Made by a program: the position numbers and the translations under genes. Below are positions 28,051 through 37,482 of a stretch of 64,000 bases of DNA, piece after piece. The notes under the pieces are model-generated. The model searched no databases, had not been told where the DNA came from, and saw only the letters and a list, made by a program, of their open reading frames with translations. This DNA is from Candidatus Latescibacterota bacterium (GTDB lineage: Bacteria; Latescibacterota; UBA2968; UBA8231), in NCBI GenBank assembly GCA_965206595.1, contig OZ242214.1, forward strand, positions 6,462,675 through 6,526,674. The letters are read 5' to 3'. Position 1 is the stretch's first letter. The number at the start of each line of letters is the position of its first letter.

Positions 28051-28622
28051 CAGAGGCCGTGGCAGGTGATGCCCAGGCCCGGAGATCGACCAATCATCCG
28101 CGCGCTCAACTGCAACCGCTCCGGCGCTGTCTGCCGCGCCTGTCGAGCGCCGCTGTCGGGTGCCGTGAAGAGCAGGATGTCGATCATGTTGTACAGGTAT
28201 ATACCTGCCGACAGATAGGCGAGCTGGCGCCATCTGTGGTAGCTGTCCAGGTCGTCTTCCATATCCTTGAGCGTCTGCCAGCGCTCCTTCGCCTGTTCGA
28301 AACGTCCCCCGTGACGCAGGGCCAGATAGCGCTCTGTTTCCTGCTCGTGCCGCCCCTTGACCGTCTTGTAGTTCTCGTTGGCGTTGACCGCCACGATGAG
28401 CGTGGTCAGCTCTCCGAGGAAAATGCCGAGGCCTTTCAGGCGCGCGCCCAGGGCTACCTGTCCGAGACCGGGAAGAGCTGCGGATATCGCCATAGCCCGC
28501 TTCTTCTCAGCGAGCGGTCTCTGGGTGAAAGTGTCCTCGGAAAAAACCTGCGCGCCGACCGGATTGAATGAACCGGTCCCTGCGAGGCAGACGGCGAAGA
28601 GGCAAATCAGAAGTCGGTGCAC
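28050..28622 (-). CDS. Hypothetical secreted/periplasmic protein with signal peptide
   Basis: MHRLLICLFAVCLAGTGSFNPVGAQ signal; part of the minus-strand operon. Confidence 0.5.
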   Translation of the reverse strand: MHRLLICLFAVCLAGTGSFNPVGAQVFSEDTFTQRPLAEKKRAMAISAALPGLGQVALGARLKGLGIFLGELTTLIVAVNANENYKTVKGRHEQETERYLALRHGGRFEQAKERWQTLKDMEDDLDSYHRWRQLAYLSAGIYLYNMIDILLFTAPDSGARQARQTAPERLQLSARMIGRSPGLGITCHGL

Positions 28623-28643
28623 CTGTTTTCCCTTTCCCGGATC

Positions 28644-31600
28644 CTACAGACGGTTGGCCGTGATCCATTCCCGGTGGGCTTTGGCGAACTGATAGGCGTC
28701 GGTCGTTGCCCGCCCATCCTCATAGGCCTGGTAGACCTTGTCATACGTGGCGACTGCCTCTTTCCAGCGATTCATGCTCTCGTAGCAGACGCCCATGTTC
28801 ACCAACGCGCCTGTGTGGCTTTCCGTGCCGGGATACTGTTCGACGATCTGCTGAAAGAGCGCGATAGCCTGCTGGAATTTCTCTCGATCCTTGCCGGCCA
28901 TCGCCGCCCTGTACGGTTCGACCGCTTTCTGGTAATCGAGAAAGGCCAGGCTCTCCCTGAGCCCTGCGCTCAGGTCCGGCACCTTCTCGGCCAGTGGATT
29001 CTGCGGGTACAGCTCCGCGACCTTCTGGTAGGCCTCCAGAGCATCCCTGTAGTTCTCCTGATTGTAGTGATAGTCGCCTATGGAAAACTGAGCGTTCGGA
29101 CTGAATTCGCTGTCGGGAAAACGCGCGACCAGTTGCTGAAAGACAGCGGCTGCTTCCGAGCCGCGATCCCTTTCCAGCAACGCCCACGCTTTGTTGTAGA
29201 GGGCGTCGTCTGCCTGGTCGGACTGCGGGTATTCATCCAGGATCTGCTGGTAGTAGGAGAGGGACTCTTCGAAGCGGCCTAGATTGAAACAGCTCTCGCC
29301 GGCCCGGTACAGGACATCGGGGATCACATCCAACCCGGGGAAGCGGCGCGCCATTTCGGCGAAGAGAGAGGCGGCTCGTTCGAAGCGGGTGAGATTGAAA
29401 TGGGAGTAGGCCGCATAGTAGTAGGCATAAGGAAGATTTGAATCTTTCCCGAATTCCCGTATGAAGGCCTCGAAGAAACTGGCCGCCTTTTCCAGATCGT
29501 CCAGTTGCAGGTGGGAACTGGCGATAGCGAAGCGCATGTCGGAGGCGTACAAGCCCGACGGATAGTTATCCAGAGCCTCGGCATAAGTAGCGATCACGGA
29601 TGCGTGCATACCGCGCCGCATGAAGGTATCCCCCAGCAGGTAGTAGGCACGTTCCTTGATGAAGTAGTCTCCCTGCTCGGCACGCGTATCCTCGAAGGGC
29701 AGCCCGATGACCTGCCGGGCCAGCTGTGCGGCCTCTTCGTTCCGCTCCAACCCGTGGTAGAGTTCTGCCAGCAGGAGCACGTACTCCGATTTTTCAGCGG
29801 GGTCGGCGGCTTCCTCGGCAAGGATGCGATAGTTGTCGAGGGCCTGTTCCTCTCTGTGCAGCTCGATGCGCGCTTTTCCCAGCATGCGCTGGGCCGCCCG
29901 GCGCACTTTGTGATCTTCGGCTTCCATCAGACCCGTCAGTTGAGCCTCGGCGTCTGCATAGCGTTCGAGTTGCATATAGCAGACGCCACGGCTGTAGCGC
30001 GCGCTCTCTATCAGTCTGCGGTCTTCGAGCAGCTCGAGGGCCTCACCGAACTGGGCGGTGGCCTCCGTGTAGGCCTCGTTGCCCACCAGGGCCTTACCGT
30101 GCAGATAGTGGTTGAGCCCCCGCTCGGTGCCTTCCGCGAGTGGCAGGGCTTGCGCGAGCGCTTCCAGCGAGCGCTCGAACGCCCCCATGGCCATCAGGAG
30201 CTGAGCTGCCTCGTGGCGCGCCTTGACGAAGAGAGCGGATCCGTCGCCGATTCTTAGGAAGTTGGCGATAGCCGGCTCGCTGAGCCCGGCTTTCTTCTCG
30301 GCGATGGCCAGCTCGAAATGGGCGGTGTCCAGCTGGGGTGAATCGCCGTAGTCGCCTACGATGCGTTCGTAGATTTCGATGGCGCTGGCATACGAGGCCT
30401 GGTTGAAATGCATGCGGGCGACCTGGAAGAGGGCGCCGGGCGCGTACTCATCTTCGGGATGCTCTCGCGCCATGAAGTGGAACTTCTCCAGGGCCCGGGC
30501 GCGGCCCTCCGCGGTGTCCATCATCTGATAGGAGAGCCCGATATTGAAATGGCAGGCCAGTCCCAGCCAGCTGTTCGGGAATTCCTCCAGTACGGCTTCG
30601 TATTCATCGACGGCTCTCAGAAAGTGCTGTACTCCCTGGTGCGAACCGTCGCTTTCCTGCAGGTCGCGGCCCTGCTCATAGTAGGATCGTCCAACTTTGT
30701 AACGCGCTTCGTCGATGCCGAATCCGGCCGCCGGTGCCACGTCTCCGTAGGCCTGTATGTAAAGTCTGTATTCCTCTATAGCCTCTTCAAAGCGGCGGCT
30801 CTGGTAGTAGCGCTCGGCCAGCAGCGACTGCATGCGCGCACGGAAGGCGGGATCGGCGACCGAGTCTATCGCCTCGCGATATATGGCTAGCCCTCGCTCG
30901 GGTTGACCGGCCTGATGGTACATGTCGGCCAGGCGACGGTAGGCCTCCTCCGCCAGAGAGCGCTCCTTGGTAAACAGTCCGATGGCGTTGCGGTAGACCT
31001 GGGCCGCACTCTCGTACTCTCCGAGCCGGGCGTAGCAGGAGCCCATTCTGATCTGCGACTTCATGGCCAGCTCCAACACGGTCTCATCGACCAGGCCGGC
31101 GATCTTCTCCCGGCGCATACGCGCCAGTTCCTGGTCCGTCAAGCGGTCGATCTGAGCCAGCTCTACCAGGCGCTGGTAGTAGGGGAGAGCCTCTCGATAC
31201 TGTTCCTTGCTGTAGTGGCTCTCGCCGATCTGGAACAGGGACCGGTCGTGCTGGTACCCGGACGGAAAACGCTCCACCAGCTCTTTGAACGCCTCGACGC
31301 TCCGTTCGTACTCCTCCAGCTCGAAATAGGACCAGCCGATGTCGTAGAGGGAGGTCATCGCGTACCCGCTCTGCGGGTACCTCTCGATGAGATGGCGCGC
31401 CTCGCGTATCGTGCGCTCGTAGTCGCCGGCTTCGTACAACACCTTGATGATGCGGTTGCGGGCCAGTTCCTGAAGATCGGCATTCCCGCTCTGCTCCTCC
31501 GTCTTCTCGAAGAAACCGATGGCTTGTGTCCGGTGCTCGCGGGCGCGTTCGCGGTGGCCATCCCGTCGCTGTTCGGTGGCGGCGCGGCGGGCCAGTTCCA

Positions 31601-31889
31601 GCTCCTCCTGGGCCATCTTGAAGTAGGAATTTCCGCTCTGGTAGAGTGCCACGTCCTGGACCGGTGCCGACACTTCTCCTACCGCAAACGAGAGCGAGTC
31701 CGTCTCCAGAAAACGGCTTTCCACCGCGCTGATCCGGCCGTACTTCTCCACCGCCTGGTCGTAGGCGCCCGAGGCGTAGAACTTCTGTGCCTGCTCGAAC
31801 CACAACTCCACGTCACTCGCTGTGGGAACGGTGCGCGTGGTGGCGATCAACAATGACAGGCCGATGAGAATACCCCAGCCCAGGCTCAC
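28644..31889 (-). CDS. Tetratricopeptide-repeat (TPR) protein, 1081 aa, signal peptide
   Basis: Dozens of 34-aa repeats with the W-LG-Y / A---Y-----P TPR pattern; N-terminal MSLGWGILIGLSLLIATT signal. Confidence 0.8.
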   Translation of the reverse strand: MSLGWGILIGLSLLIATTRTVPTASDVELWFEQAQKFYASGAYDQAVEKYGRISAVESRFLETDSLSFAVGEVSAPVQDVALYQSGNSYFKMAQEELELARRAATEQRRDGHRERAREHRTQAIGFFEKTEEQSGNADLQELARNRIIKVLYEAGDYERTIREARHLIERYPQSGYAMTSLYDIGWSYFELEEYERSVEAFKELVERFPSGYQHDRSLFQIGESHYSKEQYREALPYYQRLVELAQIDRLTDQELARMRREKIAGLVDETVLELAMKSQIRMGSCYARLGEYESAAQVYRNAIGLFTKERSLAEEAYRRLADMYHQAGQPERGLAIYREAIDSVADPAFRARMQSLLAERYYQSRRFEEAIEEYRLYIQAYGDVAPAAGFGIDEARYKVGRSYYEQGRDLQESDGSHQGVQHFLRAVDEYEAVLEEFPNSWLGLACHFNIGLSYQMMDTAEGRARALEKFHFMAREHPEDEYAPGALFQVARMHFNQASYASAIEIYERIVGDYGDSPQLDTAHFELAIAEKKAGLSEPAIANFLRIGDGSALFVKARHEAAQLLMAMGAFERSLEALAQALPLAEGTERGLNHYLHGKALVGNEAYTEATAQFGEALELLEDRRLIESARYSRGVCYMQLERYADAEAQLTGLMEAEDHKVRRAAQRMLGKARIELHREEQALDNYRILAEEAADPAEKSEYVLLLAELYHGLERNEEAAQLARQVIGLPFEDTRAEQGDYFIKERAYYLLGDTFMRRGMHASVIATYAEALDNYPSGLYASDMRFAIASSHLQLDDLEKAASFFEAFIREFGKDSNLPYAYYYAAYSHFNLTRFERAASLFAEMARRFPGLDVIPDVLYRAGESCFNLGRFEESLSYYQQILDEYPQSDQADDALYNKAWALLERDRGSEAAAVFQQLVARFPDSEFSPNAQFSIGDYHYNQENYRDALEAYQKVAELYPQNPLAEKVPDLSAGLRESLAFLDYQKAVEPYRAAMAGKDREKFQQAIALFQQIVEQYPGTESHTGALVNMGVCYESMNRWKEAVATYDKVYQAYEDGRATTDAYQFAKAHREWITANRL

Positions 31890-31917
31890 GGTAGCTTACC
31901 CCCTTCAGTGTGCTGCA

Positions 31918-34809
31918 TCAAAACCCCAGTATGAGGCTCATGAACATCGATGTGGTCCTGCTGTTGCGCTGCTGCTGGCGCGCGTCGAGAAACTCGATCT
32001 TGCGGTAGGCCAGTCCTGTATTGACGGTCATGTCGTAGCCGAAGTACTCGGAGAGGTTGGTGACGAACAAGGCCCAGTCCCGGCTCTCGAAGCTGCTGCT
32101 GTCGTCCGTGAGGTCCTTGAACTGATAGGCGAGGCCGGGCAACGGCAGGCCCTGCATGCCGGCCTTGAGTGCGGTTCTCGAGGTCATGCGGTACGCGGCC
32201 TTGAAGATCGGCATGATCTCGCGCTCGTGAATCAGCGGAACGCCCAGGCTGCGGCGCTCCCGGCGTAGATAGAGCAGTTTGAACTGCGGCGTCAGCGTCC
32301 ACTTGCCACGACGCCAGGAGTAGCTGGTCTTGTGCACGCCGGCCAACAGACCCAGACGATCGCCCGGTTGAAAAACGCCGTCGTCGAAGAGTGTCTCCCG
32401 CTGGTCGTTGATTTCCACTTTCACCTGGTTGACCAGCTGGAGATGGCGGAATGCTGTCACGCGACTGGCCACGTAGCTGCGGTTGACCAAGCTGTTGCGG
32501 TAGTTGAGCTCGTCGGCGATCCGCTCCGTGCTGAACTGACTTTCGTATCTGACTCCGCCGAAATTGTAGGCGCCGCTGGGCACCTCCGAGACGCGCACGG
32601 TCTCGTTCGGAATGTCATCGTGGACGCGCTTGATCTCGTGCTCGAAGCGGATCTTACCCAGACCTGGTTCGCGCAGTGCGTAGATGAGTCGCAGGTAGTC
32701 GACGCGGCTCGCGCGCCCGCCAGCGATCTGTTGCGTGCGCAGAAGTCCGGGGGCCAGGCGCAGACCCGGCAGGGGCTCCACCCATGTGCCGAGATGGAAT
32801 CCTTCGAGATCGAGGTCATAGGGATATTCCGGATCGATATCGTCTTCGCGCTCGTCCGGCACGTCATTGTTGTCCAGATCAACGCCGTAGACGTACTCGT
32901 CGGACTCCACGTCGAACATCAGGAAAGGCTCGACGTAGTCCGGGAGGTTGTTGAAGTTGCGGTTGGTATCCGGAATGCCGTCCCGGTCCTCGTCCTTGCC
33001 CGGAAACACCCCGTCGGTGTCCTCGGTGACAACGGCGTCGTCGGTGATCTGGCCGGTCCAGATGTCTGGAAAGCGATCGTGATCGTCGTTGTCCTGGACG
33101 AGCGGCCAGAGGCCTGTGTTATTGATGAAGCCGCGGCGGGTGTACTGGTGGTTCTCGTTATGGGGCAGCGAGGTCATGAGGTAGGTGGTGAAGTCGGGTT
33201 GCATGGAGAACAGCTCGCCCCCCAGTCCCCAACGCTCGGAATCCTGAGTCGCGACCAGGTACCAGGCCCGTCCGTGGCGCTCGTGCCGGCGGCCATCCCG
33301 TTCCTCGTTCGGGTAGCGGTTGAACTCTCTGCTGAGTGCGTATTCCCCGGCGATCTGAAATCCACCGAACTCGGCGTGCATGTCGATGCTGTAGACAGAT
33401 AGACCAGTCGGCCATCCGTAGTCGAAGCGAACCCACTGCACGTTGGAGAAATTCTGCACATTCCCGGGGGCCCGCTCGATGGTGCGAAGGAGCTCCGCCC
33501 GGTAGAGGTTTTCGTAGTTGTCGCTCCGACCCTTCTCCTGGACCTCGGAGATCGAAATCACGTAATCGTTCCCCACCAGAAAGCCCAATTCCACCTCATC
33601 CACTTTCTCCTCCAGGCCTTGCAGGTCGAAGTAGTAGATCAGGAAGTCCTCGCCGTCCGCCCTGTGCCCCTTGCCGGGCAGCAGTTCGACGTTGGTAGTC
33701 AATTGCACCACATCGGCCTGGCGGCTCACGTCCGTGCCGTTGTTGTGGTCTTTCAGGTATAGATAATCGGCGAATAGCGGGAGCTGCTGTGGCTGCTCGA
33801 GCAGCTTGAAAATGTCGGCTTGTCCTTGAACGCTTCGGCTGATAGGGATGGCATAGCCATTACGGGTGAAGCGGCCGGTCAGGTTGTTGGTGCGGCCCAC
33901 CGCCGTGTTCCTCGTGTGGTGGAGTACCACATCGGGGCGGATGTCGTCCCGGCGTTCGCCGTTGACCCAGACGGCGATGTCGAAGACCTGCGGCCCCCCT
34001 GTGCCATCCTCCGGCGAGTCGTCGGCGATCTGCACCGCCAGCCACAGAGGCGTGCCGCGCGTGGCAGGGAACGATCCCTTCATGGTTCGCTCCCCATCTG
34101 CGTTGTGCTCCGAGTGGACATTGACGTAGCTGGCGCCCAGATCGAGGATGCCGATACTGCGCTCGGAATGGGCTCCGAAGAGCTGCACCGGATTCTGGTC
34201 GCGAAGCAGGCCGTTGAGGACGAATGCCGCTGCGTGGTCGCGTGGGTAGAGCGGAGTGGTGAGGCGCGATGCCACGATGGAGATCCGCGTTTGGTCGGTC
34301 ATCCAGTCGCCGCGGAACCCGTTCAGTCCTGCCCAGTAGAGCGTGAGCGGCGTGAACATCGTGCGGATCTCGCTGCCGAACATCGCCCTGGCCGACCAGC
34401 CATCGTAGGCGTCGCCGGCTATCATCACATTGTTGAAAACGCGCTCGAAGCGATTCTGGGACTTGAAGAGTTCGCTTTCGAGTCCCTCCGGGGAGTGCGA
34501 CTCCCGCCACGAGGCGACGTCGTAGCCGCTGAGCAGGCGATCGCCCAGGGGGCCGTAGAAGGTGCGGCGCGAAGTGGTATAGGGGAACTCGAAGTCCTCG
34601 TAGTTGGCGTAGGGCGACATGGCGTGGCTCGTGAAACCGGGAAGCCGCCGCCCTAAAAACGGGTGGGCGGGATACACCTGCCGCAGCGCTACGTCTGCAG
34701 TGCGCGCGTCGTCCTCTCCGTCGCCGGGGCCGTCCTGGGCGCAGAGCGGGATCGCACACAGCAGCGCGACTGCTGACGCCAAAGCTGTGGTTTGATATCC
34801 CGCTGACAT
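31918..34809 (-). CDS. Large outer-membrane-like protein, paralog C (963 aa), thrombospondin-type-3-like Asp-rich Ca-binding motifs, C-terminal ...LILGF
   Basis: Signal peptide ALLCAIPLCAQ. FTPLTLYWAGLNGFRGDW. FPGKDEDRDGIPDTNRNFNNLPDYVEPFLMFDVESDEY...DLDNNDVPDEREDDIDPEYPYD. Alternating hydrophobic C-terminal strands ending in F. Confidence 0.7.
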   Translation of the reverse strand: MSAGYQTTALASAVALLCAIPLCAQDGPGDGEDDARTADVALRQVYPAHPFLGRRLPGFTSHAMSPYANYEDFEFPYTTSRRTFYGPLGDRLLSGYDVASWRESHSPEGLESELFKSQNRFERVFNNVMIAGDAYDGWSARAMFGSEIRTMFTPLTLYWAGLNGFRGDWMTDQTRISIVASRLTTPLYPRDHAAAFVLNGLLRDQNPVQLFGAHSERSIGILDLGASYVNVHSEHNADGERTMKGSFPATRGTPLWLAVQIADDSPEDGTGGPQVFDIAVWVNGERRDDIRPDVVLHHTRNTAVGRTNNLTGRFTRNGYAIPISRSVQGQADIFKLLEQPQQLPLFADYLYLKDHNNGTDVSRQADVVQLTTNVELLPGKGHRADGEDFLIYYFDLQGLEEKVDEVELGFLVGNDYVISISEVQEKGRSDNYENLYRAELLRTIERAPGNVQNFSNVQWVRFDYGWPTGLSVYSIDMHAEFGGFQIAGEYALSREFNRYPNEERDGRRHERHGRAWYLVATQDSERWGLGGELFSMQPDFTTYLMTSLPHNENHQYTRRGFINNTGLWPLVQDNDDHDRFPDIWTGQITDDAVVTEDTDGVFPGKDEDRDGIPDTNRNFNNLPDYVEPFLMFDVESDEYVYGVDLDNNDVPDEREDDIDPEYPYDLDLEGFHLGTWVEPLPGLRLAPGLLRTQQIAGGRASRVDYLRLIYALREPGLGKIRFEHEIKRVHDDIPNETVRVSEVPSGAYNFGGVRYESQFSTERIADELNYRNSLVNRSYVASRVTAFRHLQLVNQVKVEINDQRETLFDDGVFQPGDRLGLLAGVHKTSYSWRRGKWTLTPQFKLLYLRRERRSLGVPLIHEREIMPIFKAAYRMTSRTALKAGMQGLPLPGLAYQFKDLTDDSSSFESRDWALFVTNLSEYFGYDMTVNTGLAYRKIEFLDARQQQRNSRTTSMFMSLILGF

Positions 34810-34827
34810 GGATCGCCTCTGCGGCCG

Positions 34828-37482
34828 TCAGAGATTCTGGCTGGGATTCAGGCCCGCGACCAGACGCAGGAAGAAGAGCGTGTAGTCCTGGTCGAGAAAA
34901 GCCCTGCGCCTGTCGGCCATGCGTTGGATCTTGAGGTGATAGCCTACGCTCAGCCCCAACTGATAACCGCTGTACGACGACACGTTGGAGAGACTGATCA
35001 TGTAGTCCCGCGCATCGTAGTCATTGTCGGCCCGTGCAAAATCCCGGAACCGGCTCTCGAGAAAGGGAAACCCCTGGGCGCCCAAGCGCAGCGCCGTATC
35101 CGGCGTCATCTGGTAGTAGATCTTGAAAATCGGGTAGTAGAACAGCTCGTGGAGAGGCTGGATTTCGCCCGCATCGTCCGAGAGCTTCTGCACCATCAAC
35201 TTCATCTGCGGCATCACCGACAGCGTACCCAGTTTCCAGGTGTAGTCGCTGCGCAGGACCGTCGCCGAGCGCCGGATCCAGTTCACGTCTCTAGGCGCTG
35301 TAGCCAACTGGCGGTTCGTTTCCAACAGGGTCTTGAGGCGGATGTGGAACGGCCGGAAATGGTAAAGTTCGATATCGGCAAACGCCGAGTTGGCCAGGCT
35401 ATTCTGCATACGCAATTGATCTTCGGCGAAGACGGTCCCGAAACCGGTGCTGCTGAAGGTGAAGCGAAAGACGTCGTTGCGGATGTCGTCCCGCACTCGT
35501 TTGAGGAAATCCACGGCGCGGATTCTGACAAGGCCGGCGAAGTCGTGTTGGTACTCCGCCTTGGTGTAGAAGACTTCAGCCTCACCTGCGCCCCACAACT
35601 GTCGCGTATCGTAAGCGCCCAGGGTCAACGTCAGGGGGGACAGGGGGCGCCATTCACCGAACAGGTGCCAGCCCCGTAGATTGCGGTCGTAGGGGTAGTC
35701 GGGTTTGAGATCGTTCTCGCGGACGTCGACGACGCCGTTGTTGTTCAGGTCATCGCCGTACTCGAACTCGTCCGGGTCGACGCGATAGAGCATGAACGGT
35801 TCGACGTAGTCGGGCAGAGCATTGTCGTTCTCGTTGATATCCGGTCGCCCGTCCAGATCCTCGTCCAGCCCGGGGAACACCCCGTCGATGTCTCCCTGGG
35901 AGGGGATGAAATAGGTATCGGCGAACGGATCCTTGTCATCGTTGTCGTCTACCGTGTCCATGTCGATGGTATTATTGGAATGCAGCGGGAAACCGGCTTT
36001 GAACTCGGTGGAGTACGGCTGGACGGGCAGGTCGGTGTAGGCGGCGTAGCCCTCATAGCGCACGCTGATTCCGGTACTGTAGTCCGGGTCGACGTTGAAG
36101 TACTCGCCCCCGATCGCTACTCGGCCTCCAAACTCCCTCCGGAGGTTGACGAAGTACGCCAGTGCCTCGCGCCGATGCCGGGCACCCTCCAGGTCGGGGT
36201 ACTGGAGGTGGTTCAGATTGACATCGAATTCGCCTCTGAACCGGAATCCCTTGAACGAGGATTCCGCGTTGGCACCGAAGACCGTGTTGCCGGTCTGCCG
36301 GCCGTAGTCGAAGCTCACCCGCTGGAGGTTCGATCCATCGAGGGCTGATTCGTCATTGCCGGCTACGCCGGCGAAGTAGGTAGCGCGGTTCCGCTGCCTC
36401 GGATCACGCTTGTCCGCAAGGGGGTTCGCGACGAGGACCTCCGAGACAGAGATTTCGTAATTGTTGGCAACCAGGGCGTCGAAACTGGCCCCGAGAACAT
36501 CTTCATCTTCCGGCAATTCGAACCAGTAGAGCACAAATTCGCTGTCGTCCACCTGGATGTAGCCTTGAGGGCTGGGACTTTCCGCAGGGAAATCGCCCCT
36601 GATGAACTCGATATAGGGAGGAATCGTCCTCTCGAGTGGAAAGAACTCGTCGAAGTTCTCGAAACGGGGGTTGACAACGTGGGCATCGTGACGGGTTACC
36701 ACGGGTTCAACATCCCTCGGTTCCCCGTTGAGTGTCAGGTCGATATCGTAGACGCGCGCGTTGCTGTGCCTGCGCATGTCGGCATTGGCGACCTTGACGA
36801 CCAGCAGCTGAACCGTGGCCATCTCGGAAGGCGTGGTTCCCTTGATGCTGCTTCCCTCCGTGCCCAGCAGGGTGTTCACCCTGAGCTGATTGGTGAACGT
36901 GGCGCCCATTTTTAAGGGCCCCCGGTCCGTCTCCCAATGACCCCCCAGCAGGTAGGTAGCGAAGTTCAGCTCCTGGTTCTGGTCCACGTCTGGCAGGGTC
37001 CAGAGAGGGAAGTCACGGCGGGAGGTCACCAGCGACAGGCGATGGCCGCTGCCCTCCACATCCCAGCGGATGCCGTTGAGAGCGGCCAGATCCAGAGTGA
37101 GAGGGGTGAAGTGCGTACGGATGCGGTCGCCGATGAGCAAGCGCGTGATCCAACCATTGTAGCTGTCCTGGGCAATGGCCAGACCATTCAGATATCTGTA
37201 GTAGAAGAAGTGTTTGTTCAATCGGCTGCCAGGGGGAACCAGTTCGGCCCCGACCCGGTTTTCTCGCAGAGAGTAAATCTCGACTCCATTCATCAGTTGG
37301 TCGCCCAACTGGTCGAAGAGGGGCCTAGTCGATCGGCCCAGTACACCGCGGCCGTAATGGCGGTATCCCTGCTCGCCGTAGTTATCGTACCTGGGCGTTT
37401 CGTTGTAGAGGAGCTGAGCCGTCGCGCCACTGGCGGGAAGGGCGAGGAGCCACAGTATCCGGAGGGATCGGCGGCGTATCAT
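34828..37482 (-). CDS. Large outer-membrane-like protein, paralog B (884 aa)
   Basis: MIRRRSLRILWLLALPASGATAQ signal. FTPLTLDLAALNGIRWD. FPGLDEDLDGRPDINENDNALPDYVEPFMLYRVDPDEFEYGDDLNNNGVVDVRENDLKPDYPYD. ATGA overlap with the upstream paralog. Confidence 0.7.
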   Translation of the reverse strand: MIRRRSLRILWLLALPASGATAQLLYNETPRYDNYGEQGYRHYGRGVLGRSTRPLFDQLGDQLMNGVEIYSLRENRVGAELVPPGSRLNKHFFYYRYLNGLAIAQDSYNGWITRLLIGDRIRTHFTPLTLDLAALNGIRWDVEGSGHRLSLVTSRRDFPLWTLPDVDQNQELNFATYLLGGHWETDRGPLKMGATFTNQLRVNTLLGTEGSSIKGTTPSEMATVQLLVVKVANADMRRHSNARVYDIDLTLNGEPRDVEPVVTRHDAHVVNPRFENFDEFFPLERTIPPYIEFIRGDFPAESPSPQGYIQVDDSEFVLYWFELPEDEDVLGASFDALVANNYEISVSEVLVANPLADKRDPRQRNRATYFAGVAGNDESALDGSNLQRVSFDYGRQTGNTVFGANAESSFKGFRFRGEFDVNLNHLQYPDLEGARHRREALAYFVNLRREFGGRVAIGGEYFNVDPDYSTGISVRYEGYAAYTDLPVQPYSTEFKAGFPLHSNNTIDMDTVDDNDDKDPFADTYFIPSQGDIDGVFPGLDEDLDGRPDINENDNALPDYVEPFMLYRVDPDEFEYGDDLNNNGVVDVRENDLKPDYPYDRNLRGWHLFGEWRPLSPLTLTLGAYDTRQLWGAGEAEVFYTKAEYQHDFAGLVRIRAVDFLKRVRDDIRNDVFRFTFSSTGFGTVFAEDQLRMQNSLANSAFADIELYHFRPFHIRLKTLLETNRQLATAPRDVNWIRRSATVLRSDYTWKLGTLSVMPQMKLMVQKLSDDAGEIQPLHELFYYPIFKIYYQMTPDTALRLGAQGFPFLESRFRDFARADNDYDARDYMISLSNVSSYSGYQLGLSVGYHLKIQRMADRRRAFLDQDYTLFFLRLVAGLNPSQNL